NCBI GenBank assembly: GCA_038121105.1
Contig: JAYONB010000001.1
Coordinates: 354,429 to 418,428 of the forward strand
Source of the DNA: Alphaproteobacteria bacterium
GTDB lineage: Bacteria; Pseudomonadota; Alphaproteobacteria; SHVP01
Direction: 5' to 3'
DNA: 64,000 nucleotides
Each line of letters opens with the position of its first letter. Position 1 is the first letter of the stretch. Under the pieces are notes generated by a model. The model saw only the letters and a list, made by a program, of their open reading frames with translations. It did not search any database and was not told the DNA's origin. This document shows positions 9,156 to 18,727 of this stretch, piece by piece. The translations under genes and the position numbers were made by a program.

Positions 9156-10199
9156 CTACGGTGAAAACGGCCATAGGTTTATGTAGCGCCAAAACCGCGT
9201 CCAAATTGCGGCCAAGCCCATCGGCTCAAAGATCATAAACCCAATAATCAAGAGCCCGTATGTGATTGTGTTGGCCGGCGCGGTGTACTCGACGATTGTC
9301 GGGCTAAACGGCGTGAGAAAGCCAAAAATCCACTTGAGGAATTCGGGGATCAGGATCACGAAAACCGCGCCGAACACCGGCCCCAAGGTGCGGGCCGAAC
9401 CGCCGACGACGAGCGCCGCAAGAAAGATGATGGAGAGTTGCAGCTCGAACTGCGTCGGCAATAGCGCCAGGAAGTTGTAGGCCCACAGCGAACCCGCGAG
9501 GCCGGCGTAAGCCGACCCCAAAGCGAAGGCGAGCAGTTTGTAGCGGGTCAATCCGACGCCGATGATTTCGGCCGAGTAATCCGAGTCGCGAATGGCGATG
9601 AAGGCGCGCCCGACGCGGGTGCGAAACAGGTTCTGCGCAAACAGCACCGCGAGAATCGCGATCGGTACGATCAACGCATACTTCTGCGCATCGCTGACCA
9701 ACTCGATGCCGAACACCGAGGCCGGTGCCAAGGTAATGCCGCTGTCGCCCCGCGTGACGGAGGTCCAGTGTTCGATGACGAAGATAATGATGAAGCTTGC
9801 CGCCAGGGTGGCGATGGTGAGATAGAGACCGCGAATGCGAAGCGACGGCAGGCCGAACATCAGACCGACACCGGCCGTCACGACGACCGCCACGGGGATC
9901 GCAGCCCAGAACGGCAGGCCCAACCAGTTGGAAAAAATCGCGGTAGCGTAAGCACCGACGCCGACCAGCGCACCGTGGCCCAGCGAGATCAATCCGGTGT
10001 AGCCGGTGAGAATGTTGAGCCCGGTAATGGCGACGGTATAGATCGCAACTTGCGTGGCGAGAAACACGATAAAGCTGTTGGCGGCGAACGGCAGCACGAC
10101 GAGCGCCACCAAGAGCGCGGCAAGGCCGAAGCGCACCGGCCAGGCGCGAAAGATCGCCTCGTCCGCGGCGTAGGTGGATTTATAGTCGCCGATCAGCAT
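9156..10199 (-). CDS. ABC transporter permease (LivM-like)
   Basis: 347 aa, multi-pass hydrophobic. Immediately downstream of the LivH-like gene with adjacent stop and start. Confidence 0.85.
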   Translation of the reverse strand: MLIGDYKSTYAADEAIFRAWPVRFGLAALLVALVVLPFAANSFIVFLATQVAIYTVAITGLNILTGYTGLISLGHGALVGVGAYATAIFSNWLGLPFWAAIPVAVVVTAGVGLMFGLPSLRIRGLYLTIATLAASFIIIFVIEHWTSVTRGDSGITLAPASVFGIELVSDAQKYALIVPIAILAVLFAQNLFRTRVGRAFIAIRDSDYSAEIIGVGLTRYKLLAFALGSAYAGLAGSLWAYNFLALLPTQFELQLSIIFLAALVVGGSARTLGPVFGAVFVILIPEFLKWIFGFLTPFSPTIVEYTAPANTITYGLLIIGFMIFEPMGLAAIWTRFWRYINLWPFSP

Positions 10200-11099
10200 C
10201 TACACGCGCTCAACATCGCGAGTACCGAGAAGGCCATAGGGGCGGATCAATATGATCACCAAGACAACGACGTAGGGAACGATCTCTTTGAAGTTGCCGC
10301 CGAGGAAATGGTTCGCCATGGCTTCGAGCCAACCCACCAGAAACGCGGCGAGAAGCACGCCGATCACCGAATCCATGCCGCCGAGAATGACTACCGCGAT
10401 CACGCTAAGGCCGACCGCACCGAGCGACGGGGTCAGGCTATTGAGTGGCGCCAACAGAATGCCCGCTAGAGCCCCCGTCCCCGCCGCGATCATCCACGTC
10501 GTCGAGAAGACACGCGGGACATTGATACCCATGGCATAGGCCGTGGATTGATCGGACGCAGTCGCGCGAATCGCCACCCCTGCTTTGGATTTGAGGAACA
10601 AGGCGGCGATCGTCGCAAAGACGATGATGGCGATGAGGAAGCTTGCGAACATCTGCCGGTTGATGGCGAGGCCTCCGACAAAGTCGATGCTGAGTCCGAC
10701 AAGTGCCGGTGGATAGAACGCATTGGTCGACCAAATGACGGCGGCGGCGCCCTCTAGGACCGAGATCAACCCGATGGTGACCATGATCATCGCAAACGGG
10801 TTTTGCCCGAGCATGGGCCGCATGACGACGCGCTCGATCACCGCACCGAACAACGCGCTGGCCGCGAGGGTCAACGGCAGCGCGATAACGTAAACGGCCC
10901 ACGCACCGAGACCCAGGCCGCCCAGGGCCAAGGTGATGGTGTGATAAAAATAGGCGCCGATCATCATCACGGTGCCATGGGCAAAGTTGAACACTTTGGT
11001 GGCGCGGAAGACGAACACGATACCGACCGCGATGAGTGCGTAAACGCCGCCGGTCATGAGCCCGGTCAGACTGTCTTCGATGACGAAAGCGAGTTCCAT
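10200..11099 (-). CDS. ABC transporter permease (LivH-like)
   Basis: 299 aa. Starts MELAFVIEDSLTGLMTGGVYALIAVG, typical of LivH. Confidence 0.85.
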   Translation of the reverse strand: MELAFVIEDSLTGLMTGGVYALIAVGIVFVFRATKVFNFAHGTVMMIGAYFYHTITLALGGLGLGAWAVYVIALPLTLAASALFGAVIERVVMRPMLGQNPFAMIMVTIGLISVLEGAAAVIWSTNAFYPPALVGLSIDFVGGLAINRQMFASFLIAIIVFATIAALFLKSKAGVAIRATASDQSTAYAMGINVPRVFSTTWMIAAGTGALAGILLAPLNSLTPSLGAVGLSVIAVVILGGMDSVIGVLLAAFLVGWLEAMANHFLGGNFKEIVPYVVVLVIILIRPYGLLGTRDVERV

Positions 11100-11890
11100 C
11101 AGGCGACGTCCTGTTCGGCGCCCAAATAGGCTTCAATGACGGCCGGGTTTTGCTGCACCTCATGGGGCTCGCCTTCGGCGATCTTTTCGCCGAAGTTCAA
11201 CACCACGACATGGTTCGAGATGTCCATCACCATCGACATATCGTGTTCGACCAAGAGAATGGTGACGCCCCACTCTTCTTGCAGGTCGAGGATGAAGCGC
11301 GCCATGTCCTCGGTCTCTTCGCGGTTCATCCCGGCAACAGGTTCGTCGAGCAACAAGAGCTCGGGGCGCATCGCCAGCGCGCGACCGAGTTCGACTCGTT
11401 TTTGCAGGCCATAGGGCAACATCGACACAGGCGTTTTGCGAATGTGATCGATCTCGAGGAAGTCGATGATCTTGCGTTCGATCTCGGCGCGCAGTTCGGT
11501 TTCTTCCCGCCGCGCCGGGCCCCAAAAGACGCCCGCTTCGAGAACGCCGGTCTTGAGGTGGGTGTGCGCACCCAGCTTGATATTGTCGAGTACGCTCATG
11601 CCCGGGAACAACGAGATGTTCTGGAAGGTGCGTGCGATGCCGAGCGCGGCGCGTTTGTGAGTTTTCAGCCGGGTGAATTCGGTACCGTCAAAGATGAGGC
11701 GCCCCGAATCCGGTTGATGGAACCCTGAGACGACATTGAAGAGACTGGTCTTGCCCGCCCCGTTCGGGCCGATCAGGGCGGTGATGCCACCGCGCCGGAC
11801 ATCGAGCGACACCCCCTTGAGCGCCGACACGCCGCCGAAGCTCAGTTCGATGCCCTCAACCTGAAGCAGCGCCGCCGCCTCCGACGTCAC
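11099..11890 (-). CDS. ABC transporter ATP-binding protein (LivG-like)
   Basis: 263 aa. Walker A GPNGAGKTS, Walker B LLLDEPVAG, H-loop HDM. Its stop overlaps the LivH-like start. Confidence 0.85.
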   Translation of the reverse strand: MTSEAAALLQVEGIELSFGGVSALKGVSLDVRRGGITALIGPNGAGKTSLFNVVSGFHQPDSGRLIFDGTEFTRLKTHKRAALGIARTFQNISLFPGMSVLDNIKLGAHTHLKTGVLEAGVFWGPARREETELRAEIERKIIDFLEIDHIRKTPVSMLPYGLQKRVELGRALAMRPELLLLDEPVAGMNREETEDMARFILDLQEEWGVTILLVEHDMSMVMDISNHVVVLNFGEKIAEGEPHEVQQNPAVIEAYLGAEQDVA

Positions 11891-12010
11891 GATCGCTCCC
11901 TAACCTCCTCGCCCCGCGTGCGGTTCGCCGCACGGCATTGTCTTGGGGACATGATAGCGGCAAATGGCGCGGGCGACGACCACGCGGATGGCGCGCCTTT
12001 TTTTGGGGCG

Positions 12011-12832
12011 TCAGTCCAAACCGGCGATGAAACGATCGAGGATCGCGGCTAGCCCGGCGGGCTTGTCGAGCGATACGTGATGGCCCGATCCGGCCACGGT
12101 CGCGATTTCGGCCTGCGGGATAAAGCCGGCCAGTCGCGCGTGGGTGTCGGGCTCGGTGATGTCCGAGTGCTCGCCCCGAACCAAAAGCGTGGGGCAGCCG
12201 ATCTTAAGGGCCTCGACATCGAAGGCGGCGCGGCTCTCAGCCGTTTCGGGTTGTTCGAAATGGCGATACTCGACCCGGCCGTCACCGAGGTCGCGGAACG
12301 AATGAAGCGCGTAGTGGTCTTTCGCAGCCTCGTCCCATAGATCGCTGCGATCCAAGGCGGCGCGACCGGCGGTCATCGAGTCATAGACACGTTTGCGCGG
12401 TGCAAAGTTGAGATTGGGATTGATCCAAATGCCCGCGTCGACAACGGCTATGCCGGCCACGCGCTCGGGCCGCGATGAGGCCATCGTCAACGCCATGTAA
12501 CCGCCGGTGGCGGTGCCGACCACGACAGCGCGCTCGATCGAAAGGGCATCCAGAAACGCCCACATGTCGGACGCGAGGTTTTCGATTTGGTAGCCGGTGG
12601 TCGGGGCCTCACTGAGGCCATGTCCACGCTGATCCGGTGCAATGAACCGTCTGTCGCCGAGCGCGCTGGCATCGACAACGAAGTCCCACGCCCGGGCATT
12701 CGATTTGCTGCCGTGCAGAAAAAGTACGGGCACGCCCTCGCCCGGCCAATCAAGATAGTGCAGCGTGAGGTCCGGCGCGATCGAGATACGGCCTTCTACA
12801 GCCGGGCGTCGAAAGGCCGGCGGCGCAATCAT
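12011..12832 (-). CDS. alpha/beta hydrolase fold protein
   Basis: 273 aa. HG oxyanion region LFLHGSKSNA. Nucleophile-elbow position reads VVVGTATGG. C-terminal GSGHHVSL His region. Start abuts the stop of the FAH gene. Confidence 0.8.
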   Translation of the reverse strand: MIAPPAFRRPAVEGRISIAPDLTLHYLDWPGEGVPVLFLHGSKSNARAWDFVVDASALGDRRFIAPDQRGHGLSEAPTTGYQIENLASDMWAFLDALSIERAVVVGTATGGYMALTMASSRPERVAGIAVVDAGIWINPNLNFAPRKRVYDSMTAGRAALDRSDLWDEAAKDHYALHSFRDLGDGRVEYRHFEQPETAESRAAFDVEALKIGCPTLLVRGEHSDITEPDTHARLAGFIPQAEIATVAGSGHHVSLDKPAGLAAILDRFIAGLD

Positions 12833-12833
12833 C

Positions 12834-13685
12834 CTAGGCCTCGTCGATGATGGTGTTGCTCAAAACACCGATACCGGAGATGTCGATCTCGACAATGTCG
12901 CCCGCCTTCATCCATACCGGCGGCGTACGGCCTGCACCGACGCCGCCCGTCGTGCCGGTGGCGACCACGGTGCCGGGCACCAGCGGCGCAATCTGCGAGA
13001 GGTATTCAATCAAGCTCGGGATATCGAACAATAGATCGTCGGTTGTGGCCTGCTGCATCACCTCGCCGTTGAGCCGGGTGGTCAGGGTCAGCGCTGTCGG
13101 ATCGGGGATTTCGTCGGCAGTGACCATCCACGGGCCCATGGCGCCGGAATGAAAGAAGGTTTTGCCAGGCATGAACTGGGTGGTGTGGCGTTGGTAATCG
13201 CGGATCGAACCGTCGTTGAAGCAAGCATAGCCCGCGATGTAGTCGAGCGCATTCTTGGCCGCGATATGACGGCCGGTGCGCCCGACCACAAACGCAAGCT
13301 CGCCTTCGAAGTCGTATTTGTCCGAGACCTTGGGCCGAACCATCGGTTGTTCATGGCCAACTTGCGAATCGGCATAGCGCGCGAACAGCATCGGGTATTC
13401 GGGCGCGTCGCGGCCCATTTCCTCGATATGGCTCTTGTAGTTCAAGCCGACACAAATGACTTTGGGGGGATTGACGATGGTGGGCAGGTGTTCGATTTCC
13501 TCCAGCGGAACTTCGGCGGCCTTGCCGGCACCGGTGCGCACGAGATCATCGAAGCTGCCATCGGCCAGCGCGGCGCTAAGGTCTGGCCATCGATCAGCGA
13601 ACTGACGGCCGAGGTCGGCGACACCGTTATCCAAAGCGACCCCGTAGGTGTCGTTGCCGTTGTAGCGGTAGCTGATCAATTTCAT
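12834..13685 (-). CDS. fumarylacetoacetate hydrolase (FAH) family protein (2-keto-4-pentenoate / oxo-enoate hydratase-like)
   Basis: 283 aa. FAH-family pattern (KVICVGLNYKSHIEE, GELAFVVG, DYIAGY). Confidence 0.85.
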   Translation of the reverse strand: MKLISYRYNGNDTYGVALDNGVADLGRQFADRWPDLSAALADGSFDDLVRTGAGKAAEVPLEEIEHLPTIVNPPKVICVGLNYKSHIEEMGRDAPEYPMLFARYADSQVGHEQPMVRPKVSDKYDFEGELAFVVGRTGRHIAAKNALDYIAGYACFNDGSIRDYQRHTTQFMPGKTFFHSGAMGPWMVTADEIPDPTALTLTTRLNGEVMQQATTDDLLFDIPSLIEYLSQIAPLVPGTVVATGTTGGVGAGRTPPVWMKAGDIVEIDISGIGVLSNTIIDEA

Positions 13686-13807
13686 AGGGTCGTCCTCGGT
13701 TCAAATGTGTCTCGCAAGTGGTATATAGCACCCACAACTTGCCCGGGCATTGCGTCAAGAAACAAGCGTGCCTGAACCCGTTACGGAATCAATTAGGGAG
13801 AAAGACT

Positions 13808-15337
13808 TTGGAAAAGCAAAGAAAACCAAGCCGGTTGCTCGGCGCCGCCCTGGGCGGTGTCGCGTTCGGGATCACCAGTCTCGTTGCTTTGCCGGCTGTT
13901 ACGGAAGCCGCCGAAGTACGCCTCGGGGTGAACGACATCGGCCGTCACGGCAATCCGTTTTCCGGTCGTGGCAATCCAGGCACGTTCCTTTGGAACGCCC
14001 TGTTCGACCCCCTTTCCTTACCCGACGATTCGGGCTCGCCTCGACCGGTTCTTTCTACCGGCTGGAAGGTCGTAAACCCGACGACCTGGGAATTCACCAC
14101 ACGCGATGGGGTAGTGTTCTCGAACGGCGAGGCCTTCAACGCCCAAGCCGCTGCGGCAACCCTGGAATGGATGGCAAGTGAAGCCGGCCAGGCCTCGGTC
14201 GTCGGGCGCGAATTTCGCGGCGTCGCAAAGGTCGAGGTCGTGAACGACAACACCTTGCGCATCGTGACCAAGGCGCCCGACCCCTTGCTCGTCAACAAAT
14301 TGGCCATGCTGTACATGGTGGCGCCGAAAGCATGGGCCGACCTGGGTCCGGATGGGTTTAACGCCGACCCCGTCGGAACCGGCCCCTTTGCCAAAGAGTC
14401 GTTCACCGGTGAGGCCCTTACGCTCACGCGCAACACCACGTCCTGGCGGCCCGGCAAGGTCGACAAGGTGGCACTGTTGGGTTTGCCCGAGCAGGCCTCA
14501 CGCCTCCAGGCGCTGCTATCGAACCAGATCGATGTCGCCTTCGGCATGGGCCCTGACAACATCGGCCAGATGGAAGGGTCGGGGATCAATGTTCTGGTCA
14601 CCCCCGCGCCGCAGGTCATGTCATTGATGATGCGCACCGAGGTCGATGGCGATTCGCCATTGAAAGATCGTCGCGTGCGCCAAGCCCTGAACTATGCGGT
14701 CGATAAGGAATCGATGGCACGCGACCTTCTGCTCGGCCAGGGCAAAGCCGCGGGACAGTCGGGCACGCCTGCCTCGTTCGGTTATCATCCGACGCTTCAG
14801 CCCTACCCTTACGACCCGGCCAAGGCCAAGGCACTTCTCGCGGAGGCGGGCTACGCGGACGGCTTCCCGTTGAAGATCGAAGTCATCACCGGATCGTTCC
14901 CCAGTGACGCCGACATCTACCAAAAAGCGGCGCAAGATCTCACCGCGGTGGGAATCGATGTCGAAATGGAACGGGTCAATTTTCCCGACTGGCTGAAGAA
15001 GTTCCTGAACAACACCTGGGCGGGCCACGCCTTCGGGTCGTCATGGAATTCAGCGCCCTATATGGATTCGTTCCGGGCGTACAGCTATCAGACGTGCGCA
15101 AAGCGTAACCCGCACTTCTGTGACGCCGATCAAACTCCGCTTTACGAGCAGGTTAGCATTGAGATGGACCCGACGAAGCGTGAAGCGCTTCTTCTAAAGC
15201 TTCACGAAGTCACCAAAGAAGTCGCGCCGGCGATTTTCCTGGTCGAACAAATCGATGTGACCGGCGTGAACAAACGCATCGACGGTTTTCGCTACGTCAA
15301 TCGGAACATCGACTATAGCGCGATTGCCGCCAACTAG
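13808..15337 (+). CDS. ABC transporter substrate-binding protein, family 5 (Dpp/Opp-like), no adjacent permease or ATPase
   Basis: Track ORF 13718..15337 trimmed to the TTG at 13808, which lies 7 nt after AGGGAG. Signal-peptide-like N-terminus. Paralogous to 34306..35847. Confidence 0.8.
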   Translation: MEKQRKPSRLLGAALGGVAFGITSLVALPAVTEAAEVRLGVNDIGRHGNPFSGRGNPGTFLWNALFDPLSLPDDSGSPRPVLSTGWKVVNPTTWEFTTRDGVVFSNGEAFNAQAAAATLEWMASEAGQASVVGREFRGVAKVEVVNDNTLRIVTKAPDPLLVNKLAMLYMVAPKAWADLGPDGFNADPVGTGPFAKESFTGEALTLTRNTTSWRPGKVDKVALLGLPEQASRLQALLSNQIDVAFGMGPDNIGQMEGSGINVLVTPAPQVMSLMMRTEVDGDSPLKDRRVRQALNYAVDKESMARDLLLGQGKAAGQSGTPASFGYHPTLQPYPYDPAKAKALLAEAGYADGFPLKIEVITGSFPSDADIYQKAAQDLTAVGIDVEMERVNFPDWLKKFLNNTWAGHAFGSSWNSAPYMDSFRAYSYQTCAKRNPHFCDADQTPLYEQVSIEMDPTKREALLLKLHEVTKEVAPAIFLVEQIDVTGVNKRIDGFRYVNRNIDYSAIAAN

Positions 15338-15361
15338 ACCGATTCGGCAATAAACGAAACG

Positions 15362-15393
15362 GGGCGCCGGACCAGCCGGCGCCCCGTTTTTTG
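15362..15393 (+). terminator. rho-independent terminator after the SBP gene
   Basis: GGGGCGCCGG-ACCAG-CCGGCGCCCC hairpin followed by G and TTTTTT. Confidence 0.65.
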
Positions 15394-15450
15394 TGTGGCG
15401 ACCCGTCTGCCAAAAATGTTCAAATGAGTTTTGCTCGTTTGCGAGGCTCT

Positions 15451-16797
15451 ATGGCTGAACACCACGATATCGCTGCCGGCCGCTTGGAAAAGGCAGCTTA
15501 TGCCCAAGGTTTCAACATCGACGCGAAGACGCCGCTCGACCAGCGGCGGGCCCTTATCGAAGCCAGTCGATGTTATTTTTGCTTCGACGCCCCGTGCGTC
15601 GAGGCCTGCCCGACGAGCATCGATATCCCATCGTTCATTCGTAAGATCTCGACCCACAACATTCGCGGCGCCGCACTCGATATTCTGGAGCCGAACATCT
15701 TTGGCGGCGCCTGCGCGCGGGTATGCCCGGTGGAAGAGTTGTGCGAAGAGGCCTGCGTGCGTGACGCCCAAGAAACGAAACCGGTGGCCATCGGGCTGCT
15801 GCAGCGTTTCGCCACCGACCGTTTCTTCGAAACCGGCGAGCAACCCTTTACGCGGGCCGACGCGAGCGGCAAACGCATTGCCGTTGTCGGTGCGGGCCCG
15901 GCAGGACTGTCGTGCGCCCATCGCCTCGCCCGGTTGGGGCACGAGGTGGTGGTCTACGACGCGCGCGGCAAGGCCGGCGGGCTGAACGAATATGGGATCG
16001 CCGCCTACAAAGTCGTCGAAGATTTCGCCCAAAAGGAAGTGGACTTCATCATGTCGGTCGGGGGCATCACCCTGGAAACCGGCAAAGCACTGGGTAAAGA
16101 CATCTCCCTGGACGACCTGCGACGGGATTTCGACGCGGTCTTTTTGGCCATGGGACAAGCCGGCGTGCGCGCCGTTGGTGCCGCCGGCGAAGACCTGAGC
16201 GGCGTCGAACCGGCAGTCGATTTCATTTCACGGCTACGCCAGGCACCCGACCTTGCCGCCCTGCCGGTGGGACGGCGCATCATCGTGATCGGCGGCGGCA
16301 ACACCGCTATCGACGCTGCGATCCAAAGCAAGCGGTTGGGGGCGGAGGATGTAACCTTGGTCTACCGCCGCGGCCCCGACGAAATGGGCGCCACCGATCA
16401 CGAACAGGAATTCGCGCAGACCGAGGGCGTCAAGATCAAGCATTGGGCCAAGCCCGTCGGGTTCGTTGGCGACGATGGGGCGCTGAGCGGCATCGAGTTC
16501 GAATACACTCGACTGACCGGCGGCAAGCTTGAGGGCACCGGCGAGACGTTTGTCCTGCCGGCGGACATGGCGTTGACGGCCGTGGGTCAGGTGCTGGTCG
16601 AAGACCCGGTCAATAACGGGACGAAAGAAGCGCTGAACATTTCCGGTGGCCGAATCGTGGTCGACGACCAGGGGCGTACGTCGTTGGGGGGCGTCTACGC
16701 CGGCGGCGACTGCGTGGAAGGCGACGACCTGACGGTACAAGCCGTCGAGGATGGCAAAGTGGCTGCGCAGGCGATCGACGCCGATTTGCGCGGTTGA
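15451..16797 (+). CDS. preT: NAD-dependent dihydropyrimidine dehydrogenase subunit PreT-like (glutamate synthase small-chain-like flavoprotein)
   Basis: Track ORF from 15391 trimmed to the ATG at 15451 (MAEHHDIAAGRLEKA...). N-terminal Cys clusters CYFCFDAPCVEACP and CARVCPVEELCEEAC. Dinucleotide-binding motifs VVGAGPAGLSCA and IVIGGGNTAID. Confidence 0.8.
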   Translation: MAEHHDIAAGRLEKAAYAQGFNIDAKTPLDQRRALIEASRCYFCFDAPCVEACPTSIDIPSFIRKISTHNIRGAALDILEPNIFGGACARVCPVEELCEEACVRDAQETKPVAIGLLQRFATDRFFETGEQPFTRADASGKRIAVVGAGPAGLSCAHRLARLGHEVVVYDARGKAGGLNEYGIAAYKVVEDFAQKEVDFIMSVGGITLETGKALGKDISLDDLRRDFDAVFLAMGQAGVRAVGAAGEDLSGVEPAVDFISRLRQAPDLAALPVGRRIIVIGGGNTAIDAAIQSKRLGAEDVTLVYRRGPDEMGATDHEQEFAQTEGVKIKHWAKPVGFVGDDGALSGIEFEYTRLTGGKLEGTGETFVLPADMALTAVGQVLVEDPVNNGTKEALNISGGRIVVDDQGRTSLGGVYAGGDCVEGDDLTVQAVEDGKVAAQAIDADLRG

Positions 16798-16815
16798 ACG
16801 AGGAAGGAACACAGC

Positions 16816-18081
16816 ATGGCGGACTTACGCACCAATTTCGCGGGGATCCAATCGCCCAACCCGTTTTGGCTGGCCTCCGGGCCGCCCACCGACAAGGCCT
16901 ACAATGTCGAACGCGCCTTCGAGGCCGGCTGGGGTGGCGTGGTGTGGAAGACCGTCGGCGAACCCGTCGTCAACGTGTCCTCGCGCTATGGCGCCAATGC
17001 CTATAACGGGACGCGCGTCGCCGGGTTCACCAACATCGAACTGATCAGCGATCGGCCGGTCGAGGTGAACTTGGAAGAGATTCGTGCCGTGAAGAAGCGC
17101 TGGCCCGATCGCGCGGTGGTGGTCTCGCTGATGGTGCCGTGCGAAGAATCGGCCTGGAGAAACATCCTGCCCGCGGTCGAGGACACCGGCTGTGACGGCA
17201 TCGAACTCAACTTCGGGTGCCCGCATGGGATGTCCGAACGCGGCATGGGCGCCGCGGTGGGCCAGGTGCCGGAATACGTCACGATGGTTACCGAGTGGGC
17301 CAAGACCTATTCCAACATGCCGGTGATCGTGAAGCTGACGCCCAACGTCAACGATGTGCTGTACCCCGCACGGGCGGCAGTCGAGGGCAAAACGGATGCG
17401 GTCTCGCTGATCAACACGGTGGCGTCCGTCATCGGGGTGGATCTCGACACGATGTCGCCCCTGCCCGAGGTTAACGGTAAAGGCAGCCATGGCGGCTATT
17501 GCGGACCAGCGGTCAAGCCGATCGCGTTGCGCATGATCGGCGACATTGCACGCGAGTTCGGGTCGAACCTGCCAATTTCCGGGATCGGCGGCATTGCCAC
17601 ATGGCGCGACGCCGCCGAGCACATCGCTATGGGTTCGGGCACCGTGCAGGTCTGCACCGCAGCCATGCACCAGGGATTCAAGATCGTCGAGGACATGGCC
17701 GACGGGTTGTCCAACTGGATGGACTCGAAGGGTTACAAGACGATCGACGACTTCCGGGGACAGGCGGTCGAAAACTACTTGCGGTGGGAAAATCTCGACA
17801 TGAACTACGAGATCGTCGCTCGCATCGATCAGGACGCGTGTATTAAGTGCGGACTATGCCACATCGCTTGCGAAGACACCGCGCACCAAGCGATCACCGC
17901 ACGGACCAACGGCGAACGGCGCTACGAGGTGATCGATAAAGAGTGCGTCGGCTGTAACTTGTGCATGCTGGTATGCCCGGTGGAAAACTGCATCACCATG
18001 AAAAAGGTCGACAACGGCAAGCCCTATGTGTCGTGGATCGACGACCCGCGAAACCCGGCCAACCAGCAAGCCGCGGAATAA
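16816..18081 (+). CDS. preA: dihydropyrimidine dehydrogenase subunit PreA-like (DHOD-family TIM barrel plus two 4Fe-4S ferredoxin motifs)
   Basis: 421 aa. C-terminal CIKCGLCHIACEDT and CVGCNLCMLVCP. 18 nt downstream of the preT-like stop. Confidence 0.8.
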   Translation: MADLRTNFAGIQSPNPFWLASGPPTDKAYNVERAFEAGWGGVVWKTVGEPVVNVSSRYGANAYNGTRVAGFTNIELISDRPVEVNLEEIRAVKKRWPDRAVVVSLMVPCEESAWRNILPAVEDTGCDGIELNFGCPHGMSERGMGAAVGQVPEYVTMVTEWAKTYSNMPVIVKLTPNVNDVLYPARAAVEGKTDAVSLINTVASVIGVDLDTMSPLPEVNGKGSHGGYCGPAVKPIALRMIGDIAREFGSNLPISGIGGIATWRDAAEHIAMGSGTVQVCTAAMHQGFKIVEDMADGLSNWMDSKGYKTIDDFRGQAVENYLRWENLDMNYEIVARIDQDACIKCGLCHIACEDTAHQAITARTNGERRYEVIDKECVGCNLCMLVCPVENCITMKKVDNGKPYVSWIDDPRNPANQQAAE

Positions 18082-18160
18082 GAACCGGCAAGAGATCTTG
18101 GCGCGCTTCACGCCCAGGTGATCCCGTGTGACGAAGGGCCTCCCCTATAAGGAGGCTGCT

Positions 18161-18724
18161 TTGCTTTTCGCCACGGAGTTCCGCATGCGCATGTTGGCCC
18201 TCGCGGCCGCGCTGGTTATCGGCCTGACCACCCTTGCCAGCCCGCTCGCCGCGCAAGATCGCCTTTCGCTCGACGATGCCACCAAAGCGCAATTGGTATC
18301 TGCCCTAAAGCTGCGGCCCGGCGGGCCCAACATGAATGCGCTGGGGCAACGACCGGTGTTGGTGACGTTCTTTGCCAGCTGGTGCCCGCCCGGCGCTGCG
18401 GAGTTCGCCCACTTGGCCGAGTTCATCGCCGAAGAAGGCGAGGCCGAAGTCGACATCATTGCCGTCAACTGGATCGAAGGTTTGACCGGTCGGTCGGATG
18501 CACGCTTGGCACGCATGATCAACCGCATTCATCCCAGCATTGCGGTCATCGAAGGTAGCGACGCCTTGGACGATCGCTTTGGCGGCGTCTTCAGTGTGCC
18601 GGCGGTCTATTTGTTCGACCCCTCGGGCAACGAAGTGTTCCGCCTTGGCGGCGATCGCGGACCGCACGGTCGTCACTTTCTGCGCAAGCAGCAACTGAAG
18701 GCCGCGCTGGGCAAGATCGGCTAG
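18161..18724 (+). CDS. thioredoxin-fold (TlpA/redoxin-like) periplasmic protein with a single-Cys WCPPG motif
   Basis: Track ORF 18128..18724. The best start is the TTG at 18161, 5 nt after AAGGAGG. Signal-peptide-like MLFATEFRMRMLALAAALVIGLTTLASPLAAQ. Thioredoxin-fold motif LVTFFASWCPPG. Confidence 0.65.
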   Translation: MLFATEFRMRMLALAAALVIGLTTLASPLAAQDRLSLDDATKAQLVSALKLRPGGPNMNALGQRPVLVTFFASWCPPGAAEFAHLAEFIAEEGEAEVDIIAVNWIEGLTGRSDARLARMINRIHPSIAVIEGSDALDDRFGGVFSVPAVYLFDPSGNEVFRLGGDRGPHGRHFLRKQQLKAALGKIG

Positions 18725-18727
18725 CCG

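Noticed and set aside
11955-12000. GC hairpin followed by TTTTTTT on the plus strand between livG and the hydrolase gene
   Set aside because: Both flanking genes are on the minus strand, so no plus-strand transcript needs terminating here. On the minus strand the T-run precedes the stem, which is the wrong order. It could still be a cryptic or bidirectional element, but there is no supporting evidence.
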